Shown one piece after another: positions 50,017 to 58,393 of a stretch of DNA of 64,000 nt (position 1 is the stretch's first letter; every line of letters begins with the position of its first letter). The notes beneath the pieces were generated by a model. The model did no database searches, had not been told where the DNA came from, and saw only the letters and a list, made by a program, of their open reading frames with translations. Origin of the DNA: an uncultured delta proteobacterium (lineage in GTDB: Bacteria > Desulfobacterota > Binatia > UBA9968); NCBI GenBank assembly GCA_963816145.1, contig CAWFJP010000010.1, positions 35,531 through 99,530 of the forward strand, written 5' to 3'. The position numbers and the translations under genes were made by a program.

Positions 50017-50089
50017 CTTAAATCCAGCACCACGTCCGGAACGAAAACCACCACCGCCGCCGGCTCCCCCTCCTAAGAAAAGTAGTTAA
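49946..50089 (+). CDS. Unannotated 47-aa Pro/Lys/Arg-rich peptide MGDRKAPTPPPTTQRTKVIQRSHNLNPAPRPERKPPPPPAPPPKKSS
   Basis: GGAGG at 49936-49940, 5 nt before ATG; overlaps the 3' end of the DUF6338-like gene in another frame. Confidence 0.65.
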   Translation: MGDRKAPTPPPTTQRTKVIQRSHNLNPAPRPERKPPPPPAPPPKKSS

Positions 50090-50180
50090 AGTTGCCCCGG
50101 TTTGACTTACATGACGAGGGGAGCCGCTACTAGTTAAAATTACGATGTTGATTAGCTGGGCAAACTCAAGGAGATTTAAG

Positions 50181-50279
50181 GGACGTTGTTGACTAGCTGG
50201 ACAAAGTGTTTCAAACCATGCCCGCCATCGAGTCAATTGCCGACCGCCCTAGAGTTTGTCCAGTCAGTCAACAACGTCC
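50181..50279. mobile_element. 99-bp MITE-like element with 25-bp terminal inverted repeats
   Basis: GGACGTTGTTGACTAGCTGGACAAA / TTTGTCCAGTCAGTCAACAACGTCC (23/25). Confidence 0.65.
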
Positions 50280-50514
50280 TCTAGTTATCCTCAGTTATCC
50301 TCTGAAGTGCAAGCACTGCGGCCACGACTTCACCAAGGTTGCCGGCAGTGAGTCATGGTCTGATAAACCGATCCCGGCACCCGATGCCGAGAAAAGAGAG
50401 TAGAAAAACCCGCCGAAGATCTATAAACGGTCGCCCTCATCTACTTGATAATTTGTCAAGATTGACCTATATTCAAGGCCATCGAAGTTGCGCAACATGG
50501 CCGATATTTTGAGA

Positions 50515-50793
50515 ATGCACAATCCTGGCAACTACCCCATGACCATGGCGCGCATCAAGAAGCTATGGCGGGATGGCGAAGTAAAAATCACCGGTCACGC
50601 TCAGCAGCGGATGACGCAGCGCCAAATTGACATGCTCGACATTCAAAACTGCATCCTGCTGGGCCGGATCATCGGACATAGCAAGCCGGGGCCCAACTGG
50701 AGATATGAGGTGGCGGGCAAGGCCGTGGACGGCGACTCGATGAAGTGCGTGGTCGAAATCAACGGGAGGTTGATCGTGATCACGGTGATGTAG
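50515..50793 (+). CDS. DUF4258-family putative toxin (RelE-like fold)
   Basis: ITGHAQQRMTQRQI..DI..CILLG, RYEVAG, LIVITVM; upstream of a Zn-finger/HTH antitoxin. Confidence 0.8.
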   Translation: MHNPGNYPMTMARIKKLWRDGEVKITGHAQQRMTQRQIDMLDIQNCILLGRIIGHSKPGPNWRYEVAGKAVDGDSMKCVVEINGRLIVITVM

Positions 50794-50819
50794 CCGAAGA
50801 GAGAAAGGCTGGATTGGAT

Positions 50820-51341
50820 ATGAAAAAGGCGGGAAAGACGGGATTGGTGTGCGATCACTGTAAAGGGTTAGTGGAGGTCGAGCGGGCGACATCGGAGCGG
50901 CCTTATCGTTACGACATGAGCGGGATCGGCAATATTTTCCTCGTCGGGATAGACGTCGAGGTCTGCAAAAAATGCGGCAGCCGCTCGCCGATCATCCCCA
51001 AGGTAGCGGGGCTGCACAAGGCGATCGCCGAGGGGTTGCTCGACAAACAGGATCTACTGGCTGGGGAAGAGCTGCGCTTTCTACGCAAGCATGCTGGTAT
51101 TGCCGCGAGCCGATTCGCCGCGCTGCTCGGCGTCGATCCGTCTTATCTGTCGCGTTTCGAAAACGGTAAGACCGAGACTCTTAGCGCGGCCGCGGATAAA
51201 CTCGCGCGCGCCATAGTGCTCGCCGCCCAGCGCAGCGACGCGGTCAATACACTCTTAATGGCGTTGACGGATAAATCTCATCAGGCCAAGCCGGCGACCT
51301 TCGGCATCAAAAATGATCACTGGCAAAGACTAGCGGCATGA
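50820..51341 (+). CDS. MqsA/YgiT-type Zn finger plus Xre HTH antitoxin
   Basis: CDHC..CKKCG; ELRFLRKHAG..FAALLGV..YLSRFENGK. Confidence 0.85.
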   Translation: MKKAGKTGLVCDHCKGLVEVERATSERPYRYDMSGIGNIFLVGIDVEVCKKCGSRSPIIPKVAGLHKAIAEGLLDKQDLLAGEELRFLRKHAGIAASRFAALLGVDPSYLSRFENGKTETLSAAADKLARAIVLAAQRSDAVNTLLMALTDKSHQAKPATFGIKNDHWQRLAA

Positions 51342-51552
51342 ATGACCTAGAGAAACCCAACGGGGTCTACCATCAGACTTTTATTTCTTAACAATCGCAG
51401 TCGGATCTTCGTTGCTTGTACTCTCGAAGGGTTGCTGACTTTAACGCAAATCCTGGGGCGTTGCCCCGGCGTTTGCAGTAGCACACCGGGTTTTTAGGTC
51501 AGGCGGCGCCGCGGAAGTTGGGGCGTTTCTCGATCACCATCGTGCCCGCCTC

Positions 51553-52050
51553 TTAGTTGTAGCGGCCGCGGGCGATGTTCTCCAGATTGGTGCCGGTGAC
51601 GCGGATGAATCGAGCGCCGGCGGGGTAAGCGATGGAGTGGATGGCGCGGTCCTGGAAGATGCCGGCCTGGCCGCGCTCTATTCGGTAGGTCTTCGCCTTT
51701 TCGATCGTCGCCTTGCCGGGAACGGAGCCATCATCGGTGCGTTTCCATTCGGTCATTTCGGTATGTTTGACCGCCTGGCCATAAATCGCCCAGGAGTCGC
51801 CATGATCATGGGGTCCACCGGCATAGTCCCGGTCCATGATATGTGCCAAGATCTGAAAGCCGAGTTCCGGGTCGTCATACAATATATTTGTGCCGACGCT
51901 GGCGTTCGGGCCGCAATTGGCGGCGACGAAGTCGTCGTTCATCAGCAAGTCATGCAATTTTGTTCGCACCGTATCGCGTCCCGCCGGGCCGGCGTCGGCC
52001 TTGAGGATGCGACGGCAGTCGGCGGTGAAGTCATCGAGTGTATACGCCAT
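51553..52050 (-). CDS. Cupin metalloprotein, cysteine dioxygenase-like
   Basis: PHDHGDSWAIYG and AIHSI (3-His site). Confidence 0.75.
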   Translation of the reverse strand: MAYTLDDFTADCRRILKADAGPAGRDTVRTKLHDLLMNDDFVAANCGPNASVGTNILYDDPELGFQILAHIMDRDYAGGPHDHGDSWAIYGQAVKHTEMTEWKRTDDGSVPGKATIEKAKTYRIERGQAGIFQDRAIHSIAYPAGARFIRVTGTNLENIARGRYN

Positions 52051-52312
52051 GTCATGTCTCTCGATCTATGGGAATTTTGAACAGCTCTTTTTCTGACGCG
52101 AGCTTTAACGCCGGACCGCGGAGATGTCAATCGGCCTTCTGTGAGATTCGTCAAGTACAAAACGAATTGACAACTCTCCCGGTCGTGAGATATGGCTCCG
52201 GCCATAGAAAAGGTTGGTTAAAAGACCTATCCATAACAGCAGTCCATACAAGCAGGAATTTACTAATGTGGATACCTGATCAGAGCAGTCCGCGGCAAGC
52301 CGGGGTAAGACA

Positions 52313-53302
52313 TTGCTATCCCTAATCATCATTGTTTCCCTGCTTTTTCCCGGTCTATCACTCGGGGCAAGCCAAAATGCGGCGATCGACGGCGCTAAAA
52401 AAGAGGGTAAGTTTGTTCTTTATACGGCGATGCAGCCGGAAGATTCGACTAAGCTGATCGAATTGTATCGCAGCCGCTATCCGTTCGTCGACGCGAGCTT
52501 CTTCCGCGCCGGCAGCGCGCCGCTGCTGAATCGCATCTTGACCGAGAGCCGTGCCGGGCGTTTTCTTTTCGATGTGGTGTCAGGGAAAGTTTCCGATCTT
52601 CTCTTGCTGCAAAAGCGCGGCTTGTTGGGCACGATCTTGTCTTCCGAGTTGGCCGCCTATCCGGATAAATTTAGAGACAAACAAAATCGCTGGGTCGACA
52701 TCTACAACAACTACTACACGATTGCTTACAACAGCCAACGCGTCCGGCCGTCGGAAGTTCCGGCCGGGTGGGATGATCTGCTCGATCCCAGGTGGAGTGA
52801 TGGCAAGATTACGCTCGATCCGCGTTCGTACGATTGGTACTTCGGCATGATGACCGCATGGGGCGGTCAGAAGGGCGGCGATTTCATGCGCAGACTCAAT
52901 CGGCAGAAGTTGGCCTTGCGCGACGGCAACGTATTGATCGCCAACCTGCTTGCGGCCGGGGAATTCCCCGTCGCGATCACCTATGCGCATCTCATCGAGC
53001 GTCTAAGAACGCGTGGCGCGCCAGTTGACTGGGTCTCGGTTAAACCGATGGTCGCGGCGCCGATCTCGATTGCCTTGGCGGCGCGGCCGATGAATCCAAA
53101 CGCGGCTAATCTGTTTGTCGATCTGGTGTTGTCCAAAGAGGGATCGGAAATTCTTAAGTCCATGGGCCGCGTTCCCACCCGCGGCGACGTGCAGCCCTCT
53201 GCCAAACGGCTTGATGCCAAAGCTCTCGATTTATTTCCGCTGCACGTCAGCAGCGATGAAATGGACCCGGAAGATTTCCGCAAAAGTTTTGGGCTGCGCT
53301 GA
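52313..53302 (+). CDS. ABC transporter substrate-binding protein (FbpA/AfuA-like)
   Basis: Signal peptide; GAKKEGKFVLYT, AYNS..WDDLLDPRW, NPNAANLF. Confidence 0.87.
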   Translation: MLSLIIIVSLLFPGLSLGASQNAAIDGAKKEGKFVLYTAMQPEDSTKLIELYRSRYPFVDASFFRAGSAPLLNRILTESRAGRFLFDVVSGKVSDLLLLQKRGLLGTILSSELAAYPDKFRDKQNRWVDIYNNYYTIAYNSQRVRPSEVPAGWDDLLDPRWSDGKITLDPRSYDWYFGMMTAWGGQKGGDFMRRLNRQKLALRDGNVLIANLLAAGEFPVAITYAHLIERLRTRGAPVDWVSVKPMVAAPISIALAARPMNPNAANLFVDLVLSKEGSEILKSMGRVPTRGDVQPSAKRLDAKALDLFPLHVSSDEMDPEDFRKSFGLR

Positions 53303-53309
53303 AGATTTT

Positions 53310-53390
53310 CACCACGAAGGACACGAAGGTAAGAGAAGGAATATTCAAATGTCTTCATCCGAACCTCGTGATCTTCGTGTCTTCGTGGTG
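53310..53390. repeat. Inverted-repeat element with 9-bp periodic arms
   Basis: CACCACGAAGGACACGAAG ... CTTCGTGTCTTCGTGGTG. Confidence 0.75.
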
Positions 53391-53441
53391 CATAATCCGG
53401 ATAAATTACTCACAACATCAGACACTACACTAGGAGGCGCT

Positions 53442-54221
53442 ATGCGTAGCGCAGAGCAGTTCAAGGAAGCGATTCTCGATGTATTGGAGGAAGGGCGGTG
53501 GACCGTCCCGACCCTGCTCGAGACCTACAACGCCGATCACATGACGCGCGAAGGAGCGCGCGTCTACGCGCTCGAACATTGCGTGTTCGCCGCGAACTTT
53601 CCGCGCTGGCTGACCAACATAACCGGCAACTGCCCGATCCTCGAAGTGCGGCAGTACCTGATCGAAAATGCCTTCGTGGAGGAAGTGCGCGATCCGACGA
53701 TTATCACCGGCCATTACGAAAGCCTGGTCGACTTTGCGGTCGCGCTCGGCCTCGATCGCGACTACATCTACAACTATCAGGGCGCGCCGATCACCAAGAT
53801 GCGCATCACCTATTGCGAATATGTGAGCCGCTATCGCCCCTGGCTCGAAGCCTTCGCGAGCATCGCCGGCAACGAGGTCGCCCGCGGCAAGGCGATGATC
53901 AAGCGGGTCGGTGATCGCGCTCGGACGTCGCGCGAGAACTGGGACAAGCTGAAACTTGACGACAAGGCTCTAGCGCACTGGGATGCGGCAGATGAGGCGG
54001 ATTCGTCCGACGGCGGTCACGGCGACGCGCCCCTCGATATTCTCGCCAAGTACGCCGACACGAAAGAAAAGCAGGACGCCTGCCTCCAGGCGATCCGCGA
54101 GCGCCAGGCGGTCAACCGCATCTGGTCTGACCAGATCGGCGTGTGGGCCTACGAGGCGTCCGGCCTCACGCCGCCGACACTCGACGGCCGATTCAAGTGG
54201 CCGCAGCCGCGCCTGAGCTAA
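53442..54221 (+). CDS. Heme-oxygenase-like fold protein (PqqC/CADD/TenA superfamily; candidate diiron oxidase)
   Basis: AGGAGG SD; FPRWL..NCP..ENAFVEE..GHYESLVDFAVALG; GNE; DEAD..GGH. Confidence 0.75.
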   Translation: MRSAEQFKEAILDVLEEGRWTVPTLLETYNADHMTREGARVYALEHCVFAANFPRWLTNITGNCPILEVRQYLIENAFVEEVRDPTIITGHYESLVDFAVALGLDRDYIYNYQGAPITKMRITYCEYVSRYRPWLEAFASIAGNEVARGKAMIKRVGDRARTSRENWDKLKLDDKALAHWDAADEADSSDGGHGDAPLDILAKYADTKEKQDACLQAIRERQAVNRIWSDQIGVWAYEASGLTPPTLDGRFKWPQPRLS

Positions 54222-54985
54222 TGCCTATGCGTCGCGCCGAGCTTCCTGATCATCCGCGCTCGAGCGTCGTCACGGGCGGCGCTTCGGGGATCGGACTTGT
54301 CATTGTCAGCCATTTTCTCACGCTCGGCGGCTCGGTCGTCGCCGTCGATCGCGATGCCCAAGCCTGTGCAAGCGCGCGAGTTGCGCTGGCGGCATTCGGC
54401 GATCGCCTCAGGGTCGTCGAAGCCGACATCGGTTCCGAGCAGGGCGCGGCGTTGGCCGTCGACGCGTCGTTGCAGGCCTTCGGCTCGCTCGATCTGCTGT
54501 GCAACAACGCTGCCTATCATCCGCTAGAGACGATCGAGACGCACAAGCTCGACACCTGGCGAGAGACCTTCCGGGTGAACGTCGACGGCACGATGCTCTG
54601 TTGCCGCGCCGCCATTCCGGCGATGCGGCAGCAGGGCTATGGCACGATCGTCAACATCGGCTCGGTCAGCGGCGTATCGCCTTACGCGACCGGCGCCGCC
54701 TATGCAGCTTCGAAAGCGGCAGTGGCGATGCTGACGCGCGCCCTGGCGCTCGAAGTCGGTCGCTATGGGATCACCGTCAATTGCATCGCACCCGGATCGA
54801 TCCGTCACCGAGCCGGGGCCGATCCTGAAGCGGAGGCGCCAAACATTCCGATGGGCTACCACGGCAAGCCAAGTGACGTGGCCGAAATGGTCGCCTTTCT
54901 CGCGTCGAATGCGGGACGCTACATGACAGGCGCGACGCTGGTTCTCGACGGCGGCGCAACAACAGGAAGACTGCGCGCCAGATAG
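54221..54985 (+). CDS. Classical SDR oxidoreductase
   Basis: TGGASGIG, NNAA, YAASK, NCIAPG; TAATG coupling to the upstream gene. Confidence 0.92.
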   Translation: MPMRRAELPDHPRSSVVTGGASGIGLVIVSHFLTLGGSVVAVDRDAQACASARVALAAFGDRLRVVEADIGSEQGAALAVDASLQAFGSLDLLCNNAAYHPLETIETHKLDTWRETFRVNVDGTMLCCRAAIPAMRQQGYGTIVNIGSVSGVSPYATGAAYAASKAAVAMLTRALALEVGRYGITVNCIAPGSIRHRAGADPEAEAPNIPMGYHGKPSDVAEMVAFLASNAGRYMTGATLVLDGGATTGRLRAR

Positions 54986-55010
54986 CGCCAACGGTTTCGG
55001 GAGGAATGCC

Positions 55011-56174
55011 ATGTCCATCGCTTACCTGCCGGCGGACGCCGCAGTCGCGATCAACGATATGCTCGATTGTTGCGCGGTTGTGAAGCCAGGCCAGCACGTG
55101 CTGATTCTCGCGGCGGTCGATGGCCTGCACGGCGGCCGTAATCTCGTCGACGAACAGACAATCGCATGGATTCAATCGGCAGTGCAGGCGCGCGGCGCGC
55201 ATCCCAGCGTGCTGTGGGTCGACATGCCGAGCCGGCCGAAGGTGATCTGGCCCGATATTCCGACACCGGAGACGGCCTGGAAGATTCCGCCGATCGTCAA
55301 GGCGGCGATGAGGGGCGCCGATCTCTTGATCAATCACATCAGCGATCTCTCGTCCGAAGAACACCTCAAGGAATTTCCCGAGCTCCTCAAGGAGCTGAAG
55401 CTGCCGATGGTCCGCAATATGGCGACCACGACGGGTCTGCTTATGAGCGACTGGGCGCGCACGCCGCACGATCTCATCGCCGAGATCCGCTACCGCATGG
55501 CGGAACTGATCACGCCCGACGAAACCTGGAGCCTGACCCACCCGAACGGCACGCATCTCGAAGGCAAGGTCGGGTCGCCGGGTCGCGGCGGCGAAGGCTA
55601 CGCCTACTGGCGTCGCGACGGCTACTATCGTCCGTTCCCGGACGGCATCTATCCGGCGGTGAATCCTGTTCGGACGAACGGCCTCTATGTGTTCGATCAG
55701 ATGATGCCGGTCTGGGCGAAAGAGATCGGCGTGCCGGTCCGTTTCGCTGCGCCGGTGCGGATCTCGGTTGAAGACAATCAGATGACGAAGATCGAGGGCG
55801 GCGCGGAAGCGACAGCCATTTGTGGATTTCTCGAAGCTCTCGCGCGGCGCGTCGGGGAGAAGAACGCGTACGAAATCCGTGGACCGCACGGTGGCGTGCA
55901 TCCGCACGCGATCGTGTCGCCGGCGCAGTGCCCGGATGAGGAATTTCGCGAATTCGTCGCCTCGTTCCACACCGGTGCGGTGCACATGCACCTCGGCCAG
56001 GCGGGCAAGAGTGCTTCGTTTCCGTTCAATCTGCACACGGCGGCGGAAGCGCGCGGCGCGACGTTCAAGGTCGGCAGCAACGTGTTGCATGACCGCGGGC
56101 GGCTTGCGGTCGCCGACGATCCGCGGGTGAAGACGGTGGCGGCGCGTTACCCCGGACGACCGGGCATTCAATAA
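55011..56174 (+). CDS. M29 aminopeptidase-fold / NicX-like metalloprotein of unknown function
   Basis: GGAGG SD; CAVVKPGQHVLIL, HPNGTHL, FPDG, VEDNQMTKIEGG, HGGVHP, GAVHMHLG, LH. Confidence 0.6.
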   Translation: MSIAYLPADAAVAINDMLDCCAVVKPGQHVLILAAVDGLHGGRNLVDEQTIAWIQSAVQARGAHPSVLWVDMPSRPKVIWPDIPTPETAWKIPPIVKAAMRGADLLINHISDLSSEEHLKEFPELLKELKLPMVRNMATTTGLLMSDWARTPHDLIAEIRYRMAELITPDETWSLTHPNGTHLEGKVGSPGRGGEGYAYWRRDGYYRPFPDGIYPAVNPVRTNGLYVFDQMMPVWAKEIGVPVRFAAPVRISVEDNQMTKIEGGAEATAICGFLEALARRVGEKNAYEIRGPHGGVHPHAIVSPAQCPDEEFREFVASFHTGAVHMHLGQAGKSASFPFNLHTAAEARGATFKVGSNVLHDRGRLAVADDPRVKTVAARYPGRPGIQ

Positions 56175-56289
56175 CTCGACCTCTGCGGGTCGGACTAAGG
56201 GCAGGCACGTCTGTAACCCTTGACTTGTCTGCTAATGGGTGACCCCGTGAGAGAACATCCCCGTAGCGGCCTGGACGCGTGAAACAATC

Positions 56290-56416
56290 AAATCCCCCTG
56301 TTTCCCCCTTTTTCAAAGGGGGAGTATCAGAAGCCGAACTCCTGTTTACTGATTGAGAATGCGCATCATCCAAGTGCCGGTTCCCCTCTTTGGAAAAGAG
56401 GGGCAAGGGGAGATTT
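56290..56416. repeat. Pair of CCCC-TTT-AAA-GGGG REP-like palindromes
   Basis: AAATCCCCCTGTTTCCCCCTTTTTCAAAGGGGGAG ... TTCCCCTCTTTGGAAAAGAGGGGCAAGGGGAGATTT. Confidence 0.75.
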
Positions 56417-56489
56417 GTCGAGTTGCGCGGGGGGTCACAATTTTTCACAGCTCTCCTGACACCAGGAAATACCGTCACACGGCGCGCAT

Positions 56490-57035
56490 ATGAAGCTTCT
56501 GCTTTCCCGAACGTGGCAGATCGTCGCAGTGCTCGTGATCCTTGCGTTGATCGCGACGTGCTTTTACCTGAGGTTCATTGGGTGGCGCCATCCATTTGCC
56601 AAGTTCATCGGTGCTTATGAGTACCATGTTGTTACACTCGGGGAATACGTCCGATACAAGCTAGCTCCAAAGCGATTTTACGATGAACATTCTGCGGCAG
56701 CCCTGAGCTTTAATTGCGAGCAAATCCGAGATGATTTGGTGAAGTTGACTCAATCGATCATCTCACCGGAGCTATCGACATCAGCAGAGACAATGGTTTG
56801 GCGGGAAGGCCGCACGCTTCATCTTGCCGATCGCAGCGTCGCCGGGAGTGAAGCGTTTGCGGCGTGGAAGAACCAAGTGTTCAAGGTAGCTACGACCCAG
56901 CACCCACGGGAGGCGGGCCACTACGGAACGCTACTCCAGGCTCTTTTCGCATCTGTCACGATACACGGAAACAATGCGGATGAAGAGTTTAGCGTGGAGA
57001 CCAAAAGAAACGGTGAGTTCGATACATGCGGGTGA
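56490..57035 (+). CDS. Hypothetical protein with N-terminal membrane anchor
   Basis: 181-aa ORF; N-terminal TM segment; no recognised motif. Confidence 0.5.
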   Translation: MKLLLSRTWQIVAVLVILALIATCFYLRFIGWRHPFAKFIGAYEYHVVTLGEYVRYKLAPKRFYDEHSAAALSFNCEQIRDDLVKLTQSIISPELSTSAETMVWREGRTLHLADRSVAGSEAFAAWKNQVFKVATTQHPREAGHYGTLLQALFASVTIHGNNADEEFSVETKRNGEFDTCG

Positions 57036-57373
57036 ACCGCACCATATGCCATAAGTAAAGATTTGTCCCTCTTTATATCACTGAATAAGACCGAATAGTG
57101 AGACCGAATAGGGTGATTTACTTGAGGCGGACGTTGCCAAATTAATCGTCGTGCAGCCTTGCTCAACCATGCTGGGCCACGCGCTGGCCTGAACTATCCG
57201 AAGCAAAACCGAAACTTGTAACCAACACTTGTGTGCTCAACGACTAGCCGGTGCGGCGAGATATCTCGCTAGATAAATAAAGAGTGCTCTAATTTCCTAT
57301 ACAGATACAGGCAAATGGTTCGTCCATAGCAGCCGGTGCTTGAAGGCGGCGGGCCAATGGCAGTCAGCTGCTT

Positions 57374-57664
57374 TCACGCCGCTAACGCCTTCAGCACGGC
57401 TTTCGGGTTAGTCTTGATCGCTCGCAGCAGAGCCTTGGCCGGCCCAGTGGGCTCTCGTCTGCCCTGTTCCCAATTGCGCAAAGTACCGACGTCGACGTGC
57501 AAGAGCTTGGCGAACTGCGGCTGACTGAGGCCCGTCATGGCGCGAATCTCCTTGACCTTTGCGGCATCGACATAGAACTCACGCGACGGCGCGCGAACGC
57601 CGCGCACGATTTCATCCATCTGCCCCATGCTTTCCACTAATCGTTTAAACAGCTTCTTGTCCAT
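57374..57664 (-). CDS. HigA/NadS-like Xre HTH antitoxin
   Basis: VKEIRAMTGLSQPQFAKLL..TLRNWEQGRREPTGPAKALL. Confidence 0.9.
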   Translation of the reverse strand: MDKKLFKRLVESMGQMDEIVRGVRAPSREFYVDAAKVKEIRAMTGLSQPQFAKLLHVDVGTLRNWEQGRREPTGPAKALLRAIKTNPKAVLKALAA

Positions 57665-57666
57665 CG

Positions 57667-57978
57667 TTACCACTCCGCATTAATTTTGCGTAACACAGTC
57701 TTTTCCTTGGGCGTCAGATCGTCCTTGATGCCCTTGCGATAGATCAGAATCATGCGAATCTGAGCTTGTGCGGCTACATGGTAGTAGATCACCCGCGTGC
57801 CGCCGCGTTTGCCCCGTCCCGCCGTCGTCCATCTAATCTTTCGCAAGCCGCCGGTGCCAGCGATGACGGCGCCGGCATCCGGTTGGCTGACCAGATGCCG
57901 CTGCAGGGCCGCATACTCCTTATCGCTGAGCAGTGATTGCACATCTGCAGTAAAAATCGGCGTCTCTACGAAGACCAT
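57667..57978 (-). CDS. RelE/HigB-family toxin
   Basis: FVETPIF, GAVIAGTGGLRKIRW..GKRGGTRVIYY. Confidence 0.92.
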   Translation of the reverse strand: MVFVETPIFTADVQSLLSDKEYAALQRHLVSQPDAGAVIAGTGGLRKIRWTTAGRGKRGGTRVIYYHVAAQAQIRMILIYRKGIKDDLTPKEKTVLRKINAEW

Positions 57979-57987
57979 AGCCTACAA

Positions 57988-58020
57988 TACACCAATGACG
58001 TTTACTACGCCAATGACTTA
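57988..58020 (-). promoter_or_regulatory. Two operator-like repeats overlapping the TA promoter
   Basis: TACACCAATGACGTT and TACGCCAATGACTTA, 18-bp period. Confidence 0.5.
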
Positions 58021-58393
58021 GCTTCGAGGCAACAAAGAGCGAGCGCCCGGACGGGAGGGAGACTTGGGGTCACCCATTAGCCGGCAGGTCAAGTAGGCAC
58101 GGACATTCGCGCGGAGAAGAAGTGCCCGGGTGCAAATCCCGCGTCGGACCGAGACAACTTCTTGATTTGACAATACAAGGTGGCATAGAACGCATTATTT
58201 AAAAGCCTAGAGGTAGCTTTTTGACCGCAAAAACGGCCATCAAAACTCTTATTAAAGTTTGCGCGTGACCGACGCCGTTACTTGCGTCCCTGTTCGAGGC
58301 GAAAAAACGCTGGGGTCTTTGGGTGCTTGAATACGCGGTGACCTGCAACCATAGTTCATCGCGATTAGAAACGCTGCTGTTGAAGGAGATCAG

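Larger units (their letters stand above)
56219..58093. mobile_element. Cassette bounded by 28-bp inverted repeats, carrying a hypothetical gene and a RelE/HigA TA pair
   Basis: CTTGACTTGTCTGCTAATGGGTGACCCC (56219-56246) versus GGGGTCACCCATTAGCCGGCAGGTCAAG (58066-58093), 25/28. Confidence 0.6.

Noticed and set aside
50206-50403. Small CxxC ORF
   Set aside because: Its start lies inside the MITE and it has only one CxxC pair; at best a gene fragment
53115-53441. N-terminal extension of the HO-like protein
   Set aside because: Runs through the SBP 3' end and a repeat element; AGGAGG supports ATG 53442
54777-56171. 464-aa minus-strand ORF (similarly 46703-47689 and 34929-35834)
   Set aside because: Arg-rich antisense shadows of well-supported + strand genes
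57088-57111. AGACCGAATAG tandem pair
   Set aside because: Only two 11-bp copies with no context; cannot be assigned a function
58120-58160. Cobalamin riboswitch (CGGGTGCAAATCCCG T-loop hairpin)
   Set aside because: Other core elements (GCCACTG, GGGAAG, B12 box) were not found
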